In this document: piece after piece, positions 60,267 to 64,000 of the stretch
How the letters are laid out: each line of letters starts with the position of its first letter
Numbering within the stretch: the first letter of the stretch is position 1
DNA from: Candidatus Methanomethylophilaceae archaeon
GTDB taxonomy: Archaea > Thermoplasmatota > Thermoplasmata > Methanomassiliicoccales > Methanomethylophilaceae
Assembly (NCBI GenBank): GCA_944320495.1
Contig: CALUHR010000013.1
Coordinates: forward strand, 416,001 to 480,000
Direction: 5' to 3'
DNA: 64,000 bases
Notes under the pieces: model-generated
The model's database searches: none
The model's input: the letters and a program-made list of their open reading frames with translations, nothing else
What the model was told of the DNA's origin: nothing
Position numbers and translations under genes: made by a program

Positions 60267-60629
60267 TTGGACTCACTCTCTCATATTGATGAATGGCTCC
60301 GCGCCCATCAAGGCCGGAGGTTCACCCCCGTGAAGGAGGCGTCGATACGCATGTTCTTTGCAATCATGCTATCTGGACCACCCCTACGGGAGTATCTGGA
60401 TATTAAGATTACTGGGAAAACGGAATCTGGCACTCGTCTGGTGCCGGCATGTGTGGATCAGGTCCGGCGGATAGTTCGTCAGCGTCCCGCAGGGGTCTCC
60501 GGTCGGCGACGGCGGTGAGCACCACCGATGTGATCAGGTACGTGATTAGACCGGCGCCCGGGGATGTCCGCGCGGAGCCTTCCGGCTCCGTACGCGGTCA
60601 CGAGCCCGGGGTCGCGGTGGCGAAGCCGA

Positions 60630-61730
60630 TCGCCGCCTGCGCGGTCCGCCCTTGCCCTTGCCGCCCCTGTTCCTGGGCTTCCCCGACTTCTGCTTCTGGG
60701 GCTTCTTCGGCGGGTCGGGGTACCTCCTGCGGATGTCCTCCACCCTGGCCCTGAACTCCTCGTTCAGGCGGTCCCCGGCGAACTCGCCGTGGTACTCGTC
60801 GATCTTCGCCGCGATCAGGACCTTGCCGGCCAGCGCCCTGGCGACCTTCCCGCGCTGCCAATAGGGCGAGCGGTGGACCTCCGGGTGCTGGTAGATTATG
60901 CCGTGCTTGGGCCCCCTCTTGCCGGAGCGCATGCTCCTGAACATGGCCTTCTCGGCCCCGAGGAGCTGCACGGTGGAAGACGGGAGGGAGGCGAGCCTCT
61001 CCAGCCCTCCGGCGAGGGACACCAGCCTCGCGGCCAGCGGTCCTCCGAGCATGGCGCACATGTTGGGGCACGACTCCTCGACGATCCCCTGGATGTAGGC
61101 CTGGGTCCTGAGCTCGTCGTCGTAGAGGCGGTCGAGGGTGTCCGCCAGGTCCATGACCGCGCGGAGGTCCTCGTCATCCATGTCGGACCCGATGGACTCG
61201 ATGTCTATGCCGAGCTCCCCCATCACGGAGTCCCTGTCGCCGTATCTGGCGACGAGCTCGGCGTACCTCCTGTCGTGGGCGTAGTCCGCGAGCTCCGGGA
61301 AGTGCATCCCGTACCACTCGTGCAGCCTCTCGTTGTACAGGTTGATCGTCGCGATCTGGTCGTCCAGGCATCTGATGGCCTGGGCCATGCTGCGGTCCCT
61401 GGCTATGGGCTCGGAGGTCCTGAGCCTGCCGAGTCCCAGCATGACCTCGTGCATGAACGCGTCGTCGTATCCGTAGTCGGCGGCATGGATGAACGAGGAG
61501 TCGAACATCATGGGCTTCCCGAGCTCGGACTGCCTGCGCTCGGATACGGAGGGCTTCTCGATTCCGGCGACGAGCTCGCGCTCCTCGTCGAGCACGCCCC
61601 CGCGCTGCATCTCCGCCAGCTTCTGCGCCGCGGCCTCGGCGTCCTTGGGCATCAGCCTCTTGTCGAGGATCCTCCCGGACTTCTCGTCCACGAGGAAGCA
61701 CCCGAACCATTTCGTCACGAGCACCGCCAT
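60630..61730 (-). CDS. nop5: C/D box sRNP protein Nop5/Nop56 (366 aa, CGA-terminated)
   Basis: NERLHEWYGMHFPEL, LASLPSSTVQLLGAEKAMF and KHGIIYQHP motifs; the basic tail ends GKGKGGPRRR-CGA. Confidence 0.92.
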
Positions 61731-62332
61731 CGCATCACCCCCAGCTTCGCGAGCTCGGAGTCCGGGAGGTCCTCAGCATCGCCGCAGAGCAGCTGCAGGC
61801 GGGCCTGGAACTCCAGCTCCTCCATCCTGTCGAAGGCCTCCTCCAGGGTGGTCCCCTGCGTGAGGGCGCCGTGGCGGACCATGAGCATGGCCTTCGCGTC
61901 GGCGTGCTCGGCCACGGCGTCCACGAGCTCCTGGGTGCCCGGGGTCACGTACGGGACCTCCGCGACCCTCCCCAGGAGGAGCGCCCCTTCTGGGGTGAGG
62001 TTGCATCTGAGCCTCTCGCCCCGGACGGTGATCGCGATGCAGTTGAGCGGGTGGCAGTGGACCACCGCGTTCGTTCCGGGGTTGGCGCGGTACAGTGCCA
62101 GATGGAAGCCCGTCTCGATCGACGGCCTCCCTCCTGACACGACGGTGCCGTCCATGGAGACCTTCACCAGGTCCTCGGGGGACAGCAGGCTCTTGTTCCT
62201 GCCGGACGGCGTGATCAGGATGCCGTCGTCGATCCTGACGCTCATGTTCCCGCCGGCCGACACGGTGAGGTCCCTGTCGTACAGCATCCTGCAGGTCGCG
62301 ACCAGCGCCCCGCGAGCCTCCGCCTCGTCCAT
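61730..62332 (-). CDS. class II aldolase/adducin family protein (200 aa, CGA-terminated)
   Basis: GGNMSVR, ITPSG, PSIETGFH, VVHCHP and MVRHG motifs; the CGA overlaps the nop5 ATG (CGATG). Confidence 0.9.
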
Positions 62333-62333
62333 G

Positions 62334-63332
62334 TCAGTCCCTCATGACGTGGACCTCGTCCGGTCTGAGGATCCCTTTCTCGGTGATGAACCCGGTCACG
62401 AGCTCCGCGGGGGTGACGTCGAACGCAGGGTTCAGCGCCTGGGAGCCCTCCGGGGCGATCCTGGCGCCGTTCATGACGCAGACCTCGTCCTGGGAGCGCT
62501 GCTCGATGACGATGTCCTTGCCCGACTCCATGGACAGGTCGAAGGTGGACACGGGCGCGGCGACGTAGAACGGGATGCCGAAGTGCTTCGCGACGATGGC
62601 CTTATCGAATGTCCCGATCTTGTTGGCGAAGTCCCCGTTGGCGGTGATCCTGTCCGCCCCGGTGATGATCATGTCGACGCCCTGGCTCATGTAATATGCG
62701 GACGCCCCGTCCGGGATGATCCTGTGCTCGATGCCCTCCTGCCACAGCTCCCAGGCGGTGAGCTGCATGCCCTGGAGGCGCGGTCTCGTTTCGGACACGT
62801 AGACGAAGAAGTCCCTGCCGGCGTCGTGCGCGTACCTCATGGGGGCGAGCGCGGTGCCGACGTCGACGGTGGCGAGGGCCCCGGCGTTGCAGTGGGTCAT
62901 CAGCTTCATGCCGTCCTCTATGAGCTCGCCGCCGTACCTGCCGATACTCCTGCACTTCTCGACGGTGGTCTCCGCATAGGTGTCAGCGGCCTTCACCGGG
63001 TCCTCGCCCTCGGCGAGCCTGGCGGACATCCAGTCCACGGCGTGGAAGAGGTCGTACGCGGTGGGGCGGGCGGCCTTGATGTCACTGGCGGCCCGGGCGA
63101 GGTCGTCCCCGTTCAGGGCCGCGAGGCACATGCCGTAGGCGGCGGAGGCCCCGATGGACGGCGCCCCGCGGGTGGTCATGTTCCTGATGGCCTCGGCCAC
63201 GTCGCGGTAGTCCCTGAACCCGACGATGCCGATCCTGGCCGGCAGCAGCCTCTGGTCGATCATGCGGACCTCACCGCCCTCGAACCAGACGGCCCTGATG
63301 TCCTTCCTGATTCCGTCTACGACAGCCTTCAT
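62334..63332 (-). CDS. mtnA: methylthioribose-1-phosphate isomerase
   Basis: IDQRLLP, TRGAPSIG, ARPTA, THCNAGALAT, ETRPRLQG, NKIGT and NPAFDVTP motifs. Confidence 0.93.
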   Translation of the reverse strand: MKAVVDGIRKDIRAVWFEGGEVRMIDQRLLPARIGIVGFRDYRDVAEAIRNMTTRGAPSIGASAAYGMCLAALNGDDLARAASDIKAARPTAYDLFHAVDWMSARLAEGEDPVKAADTYAETTVEKCRSIGRYGGELIEDGMKLMTHCNAGALATVDVGTALAPMRYAHDAGRDFFVYVSETRPRLQGMQLTAWELWQEGIEHRIIPDGASAYYMSQGVDMIITGADRITANGDFANKIGTFDKAIVAKHFGIPFYVAAPVSTFDLSMESGKDIVIEQRSQDEVCVMNGARIAPEGSQALNPAFDVTPAELVTGFITEKGILRPDEVHVMRD

Positions 63333-63447
63333 GTTAACAACGGGGGAAGGTCGGGGACGTAGATAAGATGATGCCGATCCCCGTCCGTGCGAATCTCCAG
63401 TTCCATGATGCGTACAGTTTTTATCATTCGCAGGCATCACCCGGCTC

Positions 63448-64000
63448 ATGACCGACGGCCCACTCACAGACTTCGAGCTGTACTTCACCAAGAACGGACT
63501 GGTGCAGGTGTCGAACGACGTGAGGCGCCGCATCCTCCACGAGCTGGAGACGAAGGACCTGTCCCTCACAGACCTCTCCAAGATCCTCGGCAAGGCGCAG
63601 TCTACCCTTTCGGTACATCTGGACAAGATGGTCGACGAGAGCCTCATCGCCGTACACGACGATCCGGAGGACAGCAGGAGGAAGGTGTACTCCCTCGTGT
63701 CCATCATGCTCGCGTACTCCAAGCCCCCGTCGGACGACGCCATGACCATGGCGATGAAGGTCCTCACGGAGGTCGCGGATGACCCCATCGCGACGCGCAA
63801 CGCCCTGACCAAGTTCCTCTTCCTGGGGTTCGACGGGATGGGTCTTTCGGTGGAGCCCATGGCCACGATCCTGGGGTCCATACACGCTATGGCGCTGGGA
63901 GGGTTCCTCACGGGACCCACCATCGAGGACACGGTCGCCAACGCCAGGGACTACTACAAGAAGATGGGGTTCGGTGACGCCAGTGTGTTCTCCCTGAAAC
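63448..64000 (+). CDS. ArsR-like winged-HTH regulator with probable C-terminal V4R-type domain (3' truncated by window)
   Basis: RRRILHEL...SLTDLSKILGKAQSTLSVHLDKMVDESLI...DSRRKVY HTH; open to the window end. Confidence 0.75.
   Translation, partial: MTDGPLTDFELYFTKNGLVQVSNDVRRRILHELETKDLSLTDLSKILGKAQSTLSVHLDKMVDESLIAVHDDPEDSRRKVYSLVSIMLAYSKPPSDDAMTMAMKVLTEVADDPIATRNALTKFLFLGFDGMGLSVEPMATILGSIHAMALGGFLTGPTIEDTVANARDYYKKMGFGDASVFSLK

Noticed and set aside
60267-60629. C/D box sRNA in the nop5-aIF5A spacer
   Set aside because: There is no RTGATGA...CTGA box pair with proper spacing; only weak GC-rich stems and the aIF5A promoter/leader are evident.
1-64000. CRISPR arrays, rRNA genes and internal TAG (Pyl) read-through genes
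   Set aside because: No regularly spaced repeats or rRNA signatures were seen, and no gene appeared split at an in-frame TAG.

Overview
GC-rich, gene-dense archaeal chromosome segment, most likely a Methanomassiliicoccales methanogen (Thermoplasmatota). This is inferred from S15P, L15e, aIF5A, fibrillarin, Nop5, thermosome together with DnaK/DnaJ/GrpE, CarS, a corrinoid methyltransferase and the avoidance of TAG. It holds about 59 CDS and 3 tRNAs (Ser-CGA, Val-GAC, Leu-CAG); no rRNA or CRISPR array was seen. Content: GSIII/GltB nitrogen assimilation, chaperones, proAB, transporters, SMC-ScpAB, an ABC transporter, a degenerate IS1634-like transposase next to a corrinoid-methyltransferase/MFS/DUF2284/DUF1638 cluster, and two tandem minimal K+ channels. 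Main result: the codon CGA behaves as a stop codon. In 16 ORFs the first in-frame CGA lies at or next to the point where the protein family ends. Four of these form CGATG stop/start overlaps equivalent to TGATG, and others sit 1-8 nt before the next start codon or abut a convergent gene. Reading CGA as Arg creates junk C-terminal tails, long antisense run-ons and a false channel-asparagine synthase fusion. In a manual read of Arg codons in most long genes I found no internal CGA, although CGG, CGT and CGC occur internally. After this correction no gene ends in TAG, as expected if TAG encodes pyrrolysine. CDS coordinates below use CGA as stop where indicated. All family assignments come from motif recognition, not database searches.
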